From positions 4,400 through 68,399 of IMG/VR virus record IMGVR_UViG_3300037420_000828: a stretch of DNA of 64,000 nt. The stretch is one strand, 5' to 3'. The notes under the pieces are model-generated. The model saw only the letters and a program-made list of their open reading frames with translations. It ran no database searches and was not told the DNA's origin. The position numbers and the translations under genes were made by a program. This DNA is from a virus. Taxonomy: Duplodnaviria; Caudoviricetes. Positions within the stretch are counted from its first letter, which is position 1. Every line of letters starts with the position of its first letter. This document shows positions 43,004-51,569 of the stretch, in pieces.

Positions 43004-44130
43004 TGCCCACAGCCATCGGCATCGGCGGGGAGGTGGCGCATCAGTCCAAGACCGCCGCCTACCCGCTGCCGCCGCCGCTGCCGGGCCGGGCCTTCGAGCC
43101 GCAGTTCAACGGCAATGGCCAGTACCGGCTCCCGGACCCCGTCACCGGCAAGATGACCAGCTACACCCGCGCCTCGACCGTCGCGAAGACGCTGGAAGAC
43201 ACCTGGATGCTGGACGCCTGGGCCAAGCGCATGATGCTGCTGGGCCTGCTGGACACGCCGGGGCTGCTGGAGCAGATCGGGCTCAAGATCGAGTCCGCGA
43301 TGAACCGCAAGGGCTGGGAATGGGGGGACTTCCCGAACACCCACCTGGCCCGGGAACTGCGCACGCCGCTCAACGATTTGACCGAGGAAGCGCAGTTTGC
43401 CGCCGGGTCAAAGGCGGCGGCAGAGTTCGGCACCGCGACGCACGCCTGGTGCGAATGGGTGGATCACGGGATGGGCAGCGTCTGGGACGTGCCGGAGATG
43501 TTCCGCCCGTGGGTCTATCACCACCGCCGGGCGCTCGCCGCCTACGGCCTGACCGCCGACCCGTTCTGGACCGAGCGCATCGTGCTCAACACCCAGTACG
43601 GGATCGCCGGGACGCTGGACCGGCTGTTCTGGAACCACGAGGGCCTGCTGTTCCTCGGGGACATCAAGACCTCCCGGGGCATGGACTACTCCTGGCTCTA
43701 CTTCGCCATCCAGCTCGCCATCTACCACGGTGCCAGCCACATGCTCAGTCTGGACGGCACCGCCTGGGAGCCGATGCCCGCGCTGGACGCGGGTACCGCG
43801 CTCGTGATGCACCTGCCCCGGGAGGACCCGGAGGCCGCGAAGGTGGTCCCGATCGACATGCGCTTCGGCGCGGAGGCCCTGCATACGGCGATGGTCGTGC
43901 GCCGCCTCCGCTCCGGCGCGGAGAAACGCGCGGGAACCGTGTTTTGTGGGTTAGACTCCTTCACAACAGAGCACCGCCGGTGGTACGCCGCCCGTTTCGC
44001 TCTGGAGACTTCCCGGACCGAGGCCGAAATGGCTGCGGTCTGGGAGCAGTACAGCGACATCTGGACAGATGAGCTGACTGAAATCGGCCGCAGGTCCCTG
44101 CGGTCAGCCAACGCCAACGCCCCCGCTTGA
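43003..44130 (+). CDS. PD-(D/E)XK (RecB/Cas4-like) exonuclease
   Basis: ERIV...IAGTLDRL...GDIKTS...IQLAIY. Confidence 0.85.
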   Translation: MPTAIGIGGEVAHQSKTAAYPLPPPLPGRAFEPQFNGNGQYRLPDPVTGKMTSYTRASTVAKTLEDTWMLDAWAKRMMLLGLLDTPGLLEQIGLKIESAMNRKGWEWGDFPNTHLARELRTPLNDLTEEAQFAAGSKAAAEFGTATHAWCEWVDHGMGSVWDVPEMFRPWVYHHRRALAAYGLTADPFWTERIVLNTQYGIAGTLDRLFWNHEGLLFLGDIKTSRGMDYSWLYFAIQLAIYHGASHMLSLDGTAWEPMPALDAGTALVMHLPREDPEAAKVVPIDMRFGAEALHTAMVVRRLRSGAEKRAGTVFCGLDSFTTEHRRWYAARFALETSRTEAEMAAVWEQYSDIWTDELTEIGRRSLRSANANAPA

Positions 44131-44141
44131 AAGGGACAACC

Positions 44142-44657
44142 ATGACCAACCCGTTCGCCGCTGCCGCCACCACTACGGCCCCCGCCGCCCCGGCGGAGAC
44201 CGCACCGGCCGCTCCGGCTGCTGCTCCGGCAGCGTCCACCGCCGTCGCCGACGCCCCCAAGAACCTCGGCATGGGCGACCCGTTCGCCGCGCCGCAGGGG
44301 ATCGGAGACGGTGAGCGCATCACCGACTTCGTGGACCGTCTGCTGCTGGTCAAGCCCACCGAGTACATCAAGGAGATGAACACCAAGCAGGGCAAGACCG
44401 ACGCCGTGCGGGTGGACATGGCCGTACTCGATGACCCGGCCGAGCCCGGCAAGATCGTCGTCGGTGTGCTGCTGTTCCAGCAGGCCCTGCGCCGGGAGGC
44501 GAAGGCCATCCTCGATGGCCCGCTGCCGTACCTGCTGGGCCGTCTCAACTGCGGCAAGACCGGCGGTGGCAACACGCTCTACACCTTCGAGGAAGCCAAC
44601 GAGGCGGAGGTCAACATCGCCCGCCAGTTCCTCGCCGCCCGGCCGAACGCTCTGTGA
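44142..44657 (+). CDS. Putative single-stranded DNA-binding/recombination protein
   Basis: Ala/Pro/Thr-rich N-terminus, beta-rich core; position after the exonuclease. Confidence 0.5.
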   Translation: MTNPFAAAATTTAPAAPAETAPAAPAAAPAASTAVADAPKNLGMGDPFAAPQGIGDGERITDFVDRLLLVKPTEYIKEMNTKQGKTDAVRVDMAVLDDPAEPGKIVVGVLLFQQALRREAKAILDGPLPYLLGRLNCGKTGGGNTLYTFEEANEAEVNIARQFLAARPNAL

Positions 44658-44791
44658 CCCTGGTCAACCTGATCGGCTCCGCCGCCCTCGTGGGAGCGGC
44701 GGCGGGGTCGGCGTTCGGGCATCTGGTGCTCGCCGGGCTGCGGCTCCGGCGGAGGATGAAGACGGGCCTGGTCTCAGCCCTTACCGAATGA
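44654..44791 (+). CDS. Small membrane peptide
   Basis: GTGA coupling; one TM segment followed by basic residues. Confidence 0.4.
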   Translation: MTLVNLIGSAALVGAAAGSAFGHLVLAGLRLRRRMKTGLVSALTE

Positions 44792-44829
44792 GACTCGGAC
44801 GGCCCCGCCGCCATAGGGGCCGTCCACCA

Positions 44830-44902
44830 GGATCTGTAGCTCAGTTGGTAGAGCGCTCGGTTGAAGCCCGAGAGGTCTCCGGTTCGAATCCGGCCAGATC
44901 CA
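44830..44902 (+). tRNA. tRNA-Phe (GAA)
   Basis: Acceptor GGATCTG/CAGATCC, D arm GCTC-AGTTGGTA-GAGC, anticodon stem CTCGG/CCGAG with loop TTGAAGC, T loop TTCGAAT; no encoded CCA. Confidence 0.85.
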
Positions 44903-45011
44903 CTGATGACGCGCCCCCGAGCGCCCCGAGTCCTCAAAGTGGTGGCTCACTTGGAAGACGGGCGCGAGCCACCCCGGTGTTGGCGCGTCATCCCCTACAC
45001 GAGAGGACCAC

Positions 45012-45257
45012 ATGAGCGGCGAGACCCCGGAGTTCTACGTCGGGCAGGTGCTGACCGAGCACGCGGACATCGACCGGCTACCCGTCGGTTCGATCATCGT
45101 CTGGGGTGATCCGGGCGACGAGGAGGTTGCCGTGGTGAACCAGTGGGAGGACGACGGGGAGCGCCAGCTGAACAACACCGCCATCTACTACGCCAGCCAG
45201 TCCTACGTGGTGACCCTCCCCTGCACGATCGTCCGGCTGGGCGAGGTGACCCAGTGA
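45012..45257 (+). CDS. Hypothetical protein (LPVGSII motif)
   Basis: RBS GAGAGG; 81 aa. Confidence 0.65.
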   Translation: MSGETPEFYVGQVLTEHADIDRLPVGSIIVWGDPGDEEVAVVNQWEDDGERQLNNTAIYYASQSYVVTLPCTIVRLGEVTQ

Positions 45258-45796
45258 TCATCGCCATCGACCCCAGCCTCGCCTCGACGGGGCTGGCGGT
45301 GCTCGGCCCCTCCGAGGTCCAGCCGTACTGGGCGGTGCGCACCATCCGCAGCACCCCGCCGGTGGCTCCGCCGAATCCGGCGCTGGCCCAGGTCCGGCGC
45401 ATGGAGAAGATCGTGGCCCAGCTGCGCAGCGCCATCCAGGAGCTCGCCTACCGGCCGACCTACTTCGTCATCGAAGGCCCGGCGTTCTCCAAGAACAACG
45501 GCATGGCCCACGAACGCGCCGGGCTGTGGTGGATGATCTACCAGATGGCCGCCGGACACGGCGGGCCGGTACTGGTGGTGAAGCCGAACCTGCGCGCCAA
45601 GTACGCCACCGGCAACGGCCAGGCGGGCAAGGACGAGGTGCTGCTGGCGGCCAGCCGCCGCTATCCCGGAGTCCCGATGACCAACAACAACGAGGCCGAC
45701 GCCGTGGTGCTCGCCGCCATGGGAGCGCGCATCCTCGGCCGTCCCGTGGACCAGCTGCCCAAGACACACCTGGAAGCCATGAAGACCTTGGGATAG
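45254..45796 (+). CDS. ruvC: RuvC-like Holliday junction resolvase
   Basis: IAIDPSLASTG, VIEGP, KYATGNG.A.K, NEADAVVLA. Confidence 0.9.
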   Translation: MIIAIDPSLASTGLAVLGPSEVQPYWAVRTIRSTPPVAPPNPALAQVRRMEKIVAQLRSAIQELAYRPTYFVIEGPAFSKNNGMAHERAGLWWMIYQMAAGHGGPVLVVKPNLRAKYATGNGQAGKDEVLLAASRRYPGVPMTNNNEADAVVLAAMGARILGRPVDQLPKTHLEAMKTLG

Positions 45797-45841
45797 TCGT
45801 GTAGGGTGTCCCTCGAACGTCGATCTCGTGCTGTGACCCTG

Positions 45842-45873
45842 AGAAACCCCCGGACCTGTGCCCGGGGGTTTCT
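45842..45873. terminator. Bidirectional terminator between the replication operon and the lysis genes
   Basis: AGAAACCCCCGG/CCGGGGGTTTCT. Confidence 0.7.
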
Positions 45874-45882
45874 TGGTGTTGG

Positions 45883-46140
45883 TCAGCGGTCGCGGGGCTC
45901 CGCGCCGAGCCCGAGCTTCGTCAGCAGGGCGTTGACCTCCGGGATGGCCATGACCTTCGTGAAGGCTCCGGCCACCAGCAGGGCGGTGCCCGCAGCGGCG
46001 TAGTTGCGATCGGCTCCGCTCATCACGATGACGATCGGGGCCGCCGCCGCCAGCCCGAGAGCGGTCTGGATGCCGGTGCGCACCGTGGCCCGCCAGGAGT
46101 GGCGGACCTGGGTGGGCGGCGGAGTCACCGGGGTCGTCAT
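45883..46140 (-). CDS. Holin
   Basis: Two TM segments; TQ.RHSWRAT.RT and TKVMAIP.VN motifs; coupled to lysin A. Confidence 0.75.
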   Translation of the reverse strand: MTTPVTPPPTQVRHSWRATVRTGIQTALGLAAAAPIVIVMSGADRNYAAAGTALLVAGAFTKVMAIPEVNALLTKLGLGAEPRDR

Positions 46141-46958
46141 GCCTTGCCCCCGGCGGCCAGAGCCTCGATGGCCTTGGTGAGCTTGTCCAGCTTGGCGTGA
46201 GCCTCGGCCAGCGAATCGACCACGGTCTTGCCGCCGAGCTGCGGCCAGCCGGGGAACTTCGCCGGGATGCCCTTGCGGGTGTCGATACCGCCGAGCTGAT
46301 CCAGGATCAGATCGGCGTGGTAGCTGGCGTACTTGAGCACGTCGGCGACGGAGACCTTGTTGCCGTAGGCGTCGGTGATCTGGTCGGACAGCTGCATTTC
46401 GTTATCTCCTTCGGGGGCTGCGGTTCCGGCGTACTCCGCCAGGTAGCGCGCGAATATGTCTCCGGGGAATCCCGGGCCGCAGTCGGTGTGGCTGCCCCAG
46501 CCGATCACGTCGGTGACGTACTGGTGGTCGGACACACCCTGGTTCGACTGGGTGTAGTGCCCGCCGGAGCCCAGCCACGCCGGGCTGAATCCGTACTTGC
46601 GGGCGTCCTGGACCGCGATCCACGCGGCAATCCGGAGGTCGTTGTCCCGCGCCAGCCACTGCGCCCGGCTCCACCCCGCGCGGCTCCCGGCGAAGCAGAG
46701 ATTGATCGAGTAGCCGTTGGCGTCGCCTACCGACCAGCTGGCCATGTCGGTGTTTACGACGTCAACCAGGACCCCGTCTCGGAGCGTGTAGTGGTAGCTG
46801 GCGTCATGTGACGGATCGTTGAGGTACCCGGCGAGGGATTCGGCGGTGCCGTCGCCTTCCTGGGTGTGGAGGAAGAAGTACCGAGGGCGCGCGCCGCCGC
46901 GCCCGTTGCACGAATTCCCCATGCGGTCGATCTCGGTGTAGTGCGGGGCTGTGGCCAT
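46137..46958 (-). CDS. lysA: Lysin A (N-acetylmuramoyl-L-alanine amidase, Amidase_2) with C-terminal binding domain
   Basis: FLHTQEG, ASYHY, SINLCFAG, SDHQY, SHTDCG Zn-amidase motifs; GWPQLG tail. Confidence 0.88.
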   Translation of the reverse strand: MATAPHYTEIDRMGNSCNGRGGARPRYFFLHTQEGDGTAESLAGYLNDPSHDASYHYTLRDGVLVDVVNTDMASWSVGDANGYSINLCFAGSRAGWSRAQWLARDNDLRIAAWIAVQDARKYGFSPAWLGSGGHYTQSNQGVSDHQYVTDVIGWGSHTDCGPGFPGDIFARYLAEYAGTAAPEGDNEMQLSDQITDAYGNKVSVADVLKYASYHADLILDQLGGIDTRKGIPAKFPGWPQLGGKTVVDSLAEAHAKLDKLTKAIEALAAGGKA

Positions 46959-46992
46959 AGGGCCAGGCTACGGTGGGATAACGCACGGGTCT

Positions 46993-47021
46993 ATGCTAAC
47001 GCACGTGTTCCGTGTTATGGT
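46993..47021 (+). promoter_or_regulatory. Promoter with palindromic operator (weak -35)
   Basis: ATGCTA-AC-GCACG-TGTTC-CGTGT-TATGGT; extra half-site at 46983. Confidence 0.55.
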
Positions 47022-47053
47022 GGTCTTCCATCACCACCAGGGGAAGGAACACC

Positions 47054-47245
47054 ATGACCAAGACCGCAGCCCTCGCTGCCGTCCGCGCGGCCGTCGTCGG
47101 CCTGATGGACGCGCAGGGAGGCACCATCGACCACTTCCGCGCCGCCAACGCCGCGCTGGCCATCGCGCAGCTCAACGCGGCCAGCGCCGGAGCCTCCAGC
47201 GCCGAGATATCCGCCGCCAGCGAGTGGAACGGAATCCCGGTATGA
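47054..47245 (+). CDS. Ala-rich hypothetical protein
   Basis: RBS GAAGGA. Confidence 0.6.
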   Translation: MTKTAALAAVRAAVVGLMDAQGGTIDHFRAANAALAIAQLNAASAGASSAEISAASEWNGIPV

Positions 47246-47481
47246 ACGGCAACATCTACGACCAGATCGCGCTGGCCCTGCACGAGCAGCTGGTTCAGGC
47301 GGACGGGCCGGTACTGGACGATCACGAATCCGGGCTCGTCGCCAACGGCGTGGAGCACTGCATCGACGCCCTGGTGACTCTGTTCACCGCGCGGGATCAG
47401 CTCTGGGCCGTGCTCGGCGGCGTGCCGGAGTTCGACGCTGGCCGCTTCGTGCGCCTGGCGCGGGAGGGAGGGGAGCTGTGA
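47242..47481 (+). CDS. Hypothetical protein
   Basis: ATGA coupling. Confidence 0.6.
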   Translation: MNGNIYDQIALALHEQLVQADGPVLDDHESGLVANGVEHCIDALVTLFTARDQLWAVLGGVPEFDAGRFVRLAREGGEL

Positions 47482-47732
47482 GCGTTACCCAGGCCGACGC
47501 CGAGGTTCTGCGGGCGATGGGCTTCCGGGCCGAGAGCACCCTGCTGGACGGCCCCCGGGTCGTGTTGGACTGCGACGACGTATACATCACCCTCGTCCCC
47601 GGTCCGGAGCGCGAGATCCACTGGGCCGTCTGGGCTCAGGGCTCCGGCCAGTTCCACGCCGGAGGCCAGCACGCCAACCCCGTCACCGCCGCGCACGAAG
47701 CGCTGGCGTGGATCCAGGACGAGTGGCGCTAG
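47478..47732 (+). CDS. Hypothetical protein
   Basis: GTGA coupling; RBS GGAGGG. Confidence 0.6.
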   Translation: MSVTQADAEVLRAMGFRAESTLLDGPRVVLDCDDVYITLVPGPEREIHWAVWAQGSGQFHAGGQHANPVTAAHEALAWIQDEWR

Positions 47733-47752
47733 ACGCCAAGATCGGGAAGGGG

Positions 47753-47781
47753 TTGTAAAGGCACGGTTCCCGTGTTAAGCT
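47753..47781 (+). promoter_or_regulatory. Promoter with palindromic operator
   Basis: TTGTAA-AG-GCACG-GTTCC-CGTGT-TAAGCT. Confidence 0.7.
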
Positions 47782-47810
47782 GGTCTCACCACCAAGGAAG
47801 GAAGACCACC

Positions 47811-48521
47811 ATGACCAGCAACAACCCCTTCGCCGCTCGAATCCGCCAAGCCGCCCAGGAGGGCTACGTGAACAGCCCCCGCCGCGACTGGAAGGCGGAG
47901 TACGCCCAGCGCGAGACCCGTCAGGAGCGCGCCGCCTACCAGGCGAAGATGGAGCGTGACCCGTTCTTCGCCGCTCCGAGCACCCTGGCCACCGACAAGC
48001 AGCGCGCCCTGATCGAGAGCCTGCTGAGCGAGCGGGACCTGGCCGCCGAGACCCGGCCCGCGTGGCGTGCCCGGGTGGCGAAACTGGCCGCCGACCACCG
48101 CGAGGTCGCCGAGCTGACCCGCGAGAAGGCGTCCAACCTGATCACCTATCTGTTCGGGCTGCCGGTCTACAAGGCCAGCACCCCGGCTCCGGCCCAGACC
48201 GACTTCCCCGAGGTCACGGCCGGGCACTACGCCCTCATCCGCAACGATGAGATCTGCTTCGTCCGGGTGGATCGTCCCACCGAGGGCAAGTGGGCGGGGA
48301 AGGTGTTCGTCGCCCTTCAGCACGGCGACGACTACACCAACATGAGCCGCCAGGCAGGGCTCACCATGCTTGGCTCGATCGTGGAGCAGGGTGTTCTGGA
48401 ATGCTCCACCCGATACGGCCGGGAGCTGGGCAAGTGCGGGGTCTGCCACCGGACCCTGACCAACGCCGAGTCTCGCGCCGCCGGAATCGGCCCGGTCTGC
48501 CGGGAGAAGTCCGGCTGGTGA
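47811..48521 (+). CDS. Hypothetical protein with C-terminal zinc finger (DUF6011-like)
   Basis: ATDKQ motif; CGVCHRTLTNAESRAAGIGPVC. Confidence 0.75.
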   Translation: MTSNNPFAARIRQAAQEGYVNSPRRDWKAEYAQRETRQERAAYQAKMERDPFFAAPSTLATDKQRALIESLLSERDLAAETRPAWRARVAKLAADHREVAELTREKASNLITYLFGLPVYKASTPAPAQTDFPEVTAGHYALIRNDEICFVRVDRPTEGKWAGKVFVALQHGDDYTNMSRQAGLTMLGSIVEQGVLECSTRYGRELGKCGVCHRTLTNAESRAAGIGPVCREKSGW

Positions 48522-48605
48522 CTTCGGTCACAATTGACAACTGAATCACAGACCTCCGGTCCAACCAGGACCGGAGGTCAAACCTATGTGAGAGATGGAA
48601 GGGAG

Positions 48606-48809
48606 ATGAACATGCTGAAGTTCCTGGGCCGCAAGGAAGTCGCGGAGCGGTTGGGGGTCAAGACGGACTCCATCAACGGCTACGACCTCCCCGAGCCCGA
48701 TGCCGCAATCGGCACACACCGTGGCTGGCTGCCGGAGACGATTGACGCATGGCGCATCACCCGTCCCGGCCGGGGAAATTGGGGCAAGGTGCACAAGTCC
48801 CACGACTGA
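48606..48809 (+). CDS. Small HTH DNA-binding protein (AlpA/excisionase-like)
   Basis: FLGRKEVAERLGV...LPEPDA.IG..RGWLPETIDAW..RPGRG. Confidence 0.8.
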   Translation: MNMLKFLGRKEVAERLGVKTDSINGYDLPEPDAAIGTHRGWLPETIDAWRITRPGRGNWGKVHKSHD

Positions 48810-48822
48810 TCCGACCGTCAGA

Positions 48823-48864
48823 CAGACTGCCGGGGTGCCTCCTATGGGGTGCCCCGGCAGTCTG
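48823..48864. terminator. Bidirectional terminator between the accessory unit and the tail operon
   Basis: CAGACTGCCGGGG/CCCCGGCAGTCTG 13-bp stem. Confidence 0.7.
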
Positions 48865-48873
48865 CTTTCATGC

Positions 48874-49569
48874 CTACTTCATCAGATCGTAGGTTCGGAC
48901 CCAGTCCTGGGCCGGGGAGTAGAACGGGCTCTGGAACACAGGGTAGTTGCCCTCCTGGACGATGAACCAGCGCCGCCGCAGCCGGTCTCCGGCCGGGACC
49001 GCCGCCCCGGAATCATCCCAGCTCAGGAACGACGAGCCGTTGACGAACGCGGTGAACACAGACTGCGTCGCCGAGTACATGCGCCGCTCCAGCCGGAGGG
49101 TGGCGGTGGGCGACACGGCCGTGGTGGTGGAGGTCCGCAGCACCGACGGGGAGGCGTCGGTGGTGCCGGGGGAGGGGATGGAAGAGGCAGTGCGGGTGAG
49201 GATGCCCGAGCCGAAGGTGGATGTGGTGATGCCGAAATAGATCAGCGTGAAGGTCCCGGAGTCCACCTGTCCGACGCCGATGCTGGTCATGTTGTCGGTC
49301 GCCGCGTTGCCCACCGGCGCGATCAGCTGCGACTCGACGGCCCAGTTGTCGGTGAGCAGCCGTCCGCCGTTGTAGGCGGTGGACTTGACGTAGGTGGCCC
49401 AGGCTCCGGCCCGGCCGTCCCCGTTGGCCGGAGTCTTGAACTGGACTCGGTTGGTGGCGATCTTCATGGTGTTGAAGTCCAGCCGCCAGTCGCTGCCCAG
49501 GCTGGTGCTATCGGCGCGGTTCCAGTCCTCCCGGTGGTTCATGATCGCCGGGGGCTGGACGATCATCAT
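48874..49569 (-). CDS. Minor tail protein (beta-rich, possible receptor binding)
   Basis: EDWNRADSTSLGSDW N-terminus; last gene of the tail operon; ATGA coupling. Confidence 0.65.
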   Translation of the reverse strand: MMIVQPPAIMNHREDWNRADSTSLGSDWRLDFNTMKIATNRVQFKTPANGDGRAGAWATYVKSTAYNGGRLLTDNWAVESQLIAPVGNAATDNMTSIGVGQVDSGTFTLIYFGITTSTFGSGILTRTASSIPSPGTTDASPSVLRTSTTTAVSPTATLRLERRMYSATQSVFTAFVNGSSFLSWDDSGAAVPAGDRLRRRWFIVQEGNYPVFQSPFYSPAQDWVRTYDLMK

Positions 49570-49979
49570 CGCCGCTCCAGGATGGCCTCGACCTTGAGCT
49601 GCGCGCCCACGGTGGTGTGGGTCATGGTGTTGACGTAGGCCCACACCAGATCGTCGGCGGCCAGCGTGGCACCCGGCGCGGTGAGCGTGGTCCAGCTGGG
49701 GCTCGTGGCCGGAGTCTGGTTGGTGCCGGTGATGACGTTGCCGGAGCCGGTGCCGTTGAGCCGCAGATCCACAGACATCGCGCCTCCGCTCCCGGCCACG
49801 GCTACCCGGTAGCGCAGCTTCACCAGGTAGCAGTCATAGGGAATCCACAGACCCATGTCCTGCTGGCCCGTCCCGGCGGCGTGCAGGGTGAAGGTCTGAT
49901 ACCACTGGATACCGTCCTGGAGCCCGACCAGTTTCCTGGTACGGACGTCCAGGTTGGACCCGACCGGAATGGCCGTCAT
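49566..49979 (-). CDS. Minor tail / fibre-associated protein
   Basis: Beta-rich, 137 aa, in the tail operon. Confidence 0.6.
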   Translation of the reverse strand: MTAIPVGSNLDVRTRKLVGLQDGIQWYQTFTLHAAGTGQQDMGLWIPYDCYLVKLRYRVAVAGSGGAMSVDLRLNGTGSGNVITGTNQTPATSPSWTTLTAPGATLAADDLVWAYVNTMTHTTVGAQLKVEAILERR

Positions 49980-50887
49980 CAGGACACCTTGATGACCGTG
50001 GCCCGGTGGCTGTTGGTGGCCCAGACCTCATCCGGCTCGATGCTGACGTTGTTGGAGTCCGTCGGCTTCCACGCCACGATCTTCTGGTAGCCGCCGGTCA
50101 GCTCCCGCACCACCACTTCGACGTCCGTGGAGCCGAGGCCGTGAGTGATCACGTACGGCCCAGCCGAGCCCGTGCCTACGTTCTGGCTGTAGCTGGCGTC
50201 GTTGTCCGAGACTCCGGCCGGGTTGAAGTAGACGAACGCCGCCGTGTCGGTGCCGAGGGTGAAGGTGTCGTTCGTCATCAGCGCGATCTGATCGGCCTTC
50301 GTGCCGCGCTTGACGATCCAGTACGACCCCACCACGGCCTCGCCAGCCGAGTCCCAGTTCCCCGGCCGGGTCATCGCCGCGCCGGAGCCGTTGAAGACCC
50401 AGGGGCCGTTCTGGCTGCCGGTGGTCTGCCCGGCCAGGAGCACCAGCTGGCCGGAGGTGATGGTCTGGCCGTCGAAGGTGGAAGTACCGGGGGATGCTGT
50501 GTTGACGTTGGAGGTCACCGCGACTTCGACGGTGCCCTTGTTCGTCAGGCCGCCGGTCACCGCCGCCAGTTGGGAGTCGACGTAGTTCTTCGTGGCCCCG
50601 TCTTGGGCGGAGACCGGGTCGGCGAGGTTGTTGATCAGCTGGGAATTGAAGTTCACCGGGCCGGAGGGCGCGACCATCGAACTCCACGCGATGGCCTGCA
50701 CCGCCGCCGTGAAGTTGGAGATGGTGCTCGCCAGCTGGGTGCCGGTGTGGTTGGCGCGGTTGCGGTCGGCCGAGGAATTGGAGTCCAGCTGGCCCTTGTT
50801 CACGGCGTCGCCGGAGGAGGACCCGTCGGCGACGTTGAGGACCTTGTGGCCGTTCACGTCCAGGTCGTTGGCGAATACCAGGCTCAT
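49979..50887 (-). CDS. Tail fibre-like protein with YadA-stalk-like motifs
   Basis: KVLNVADG...DAVNKGQL and INNLADP..AQD.ATKNYVD repeats; VLL.GQT..SQNG. Confidence 0.7.
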   Translation of the reverse strand: MSLVFANDLDVNGHKVLNVADGSSSGDAVNKGQLDSNSSADRNRANHTGTQLASTISNFTAAVQAIAWSSMVAPSGPVNFNSQLINNLADPVSAQDGATKNYVDSQLAAVTGGLTNKGTVEVAVTSNVNTASPGTSTFDGQTITSGQLVLLAGQTTGSQNGPWVFNGSGAAMTRPGNWDSAGEAVVGSYWIVKRGTKADQIALMTNDTFTLGTDTAAFVYFNPAGVSDNDASYSQNVGTGSAGPYVITHGLGSTDVEVVVRELTGGYQKIVAWKPTDSNNVSIEPDEVWATNSHRATVIKVS

Positions 50888-50897
50888 CGGTGACTCC

Positions 50898-51230
50898 TCA
50901 GAAGATGCGGGCGACCCCGGCCAGGGGAGGACTGACCCAGAGGCGGCAGGTGGTGGGGTTCAGCTGTTCCACGAACACCCCGTCGTACTGGAGGCTCATG
51001 TCCGGGGAGTAGACCAGCGCGCCGACGATCGGCTTGCTCAGGTTGTGGACGATCGTCCACGACGAACTGGGTGTGGATTGGGTGTGGTAGTACTCGGCCA
51101 CCACGCCGGAGCTGCCCGGCGGACCCGGAGGGCCGGGAGGTCCCGGGATGCCGACCGCGACCAGCTCGCATTCGTCATCGCATCCAGCGTTCAACACGCG
51201 CCCAGCCTCCCCTCCCACTTCGGTCGCCAC
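50898..51230 (-). CDS. Small tail protein with short collagen-like tract
   Basis: GIPGPPGPPGPPG; HTQ..PS..WTIVHNL..P motif; start uncertain. Confidence 0.6.
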   Translation of the reverse strand: MATEVGGEAGRVLNAGCDDECELVAVGIPGPPGPPGPPGSSGVVAEYYHTQSTPSSSWTIVHNLSKPIVGALVYSPDMSLQYDGVFVEQLNPTTCRLWVSPPLAGVARIF

Positions 51231-51550
51231 ATCTCCGGGTCACCGGCGTCGTAGTTCACGTCGATGACGAAGGTGGTCCCGCGCGGAAGCTGCTCGGTCT
51301 CCGCCGCTGTCATGTGGAACCGGAGATAGGGGCCGTCCACCGTGCCAGCGACAATCAGCTCGGTACCGGTGCCCCAGCTGAAGCGGATGCGGGTCTCGGT
51401 CCCGGCAGGCCAGTTGGCGTCAGCTCCGAGCCGTGTGCGCAGCTTGATCGTGCCGTCCCACACGAAGCCCGGCTGGATACAGAGCGTCACCCGGCCGAGG
51501 CACCCATTGAGTGTCACGGTCCCGTTGGTGCATATCTCCGGGCTGGTCAT
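51191..51550 (-). CDS. Tail-region beta-sandwich protein (LtfC-like)
   Basis: NWPAGT...F...G...F; TAGCGT box 6 nt before the ATG. Confidence 0.55.
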   Translation of the reverse strand: MTSPEICTNGTVTLNGCLGRVTLCIQPGFVWDGTIKLRTRLGADANWPAGTETRIRFSWGTGTELIVAGTVDGPYLRFHMTAAETEQLPRGTTFVIDVNYDAGDPEMWRPKWEGRLGAC

Positions 51551-51569
51551 GCCCTCACGCTACCGAGCG

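Noticed and set aside
43003-44130. Cas4/CRISPR interpretation of the exonuclease
   Set aside because: No four-Cys Fe-S motif seen and the context is phage recombination; called as a PD-(D/E)XK exonuclease
44830-44902. tRNA as attP/attB remnant
   Set aside because: No integrase in the window and no duplicated tRNA 3' fragment seen
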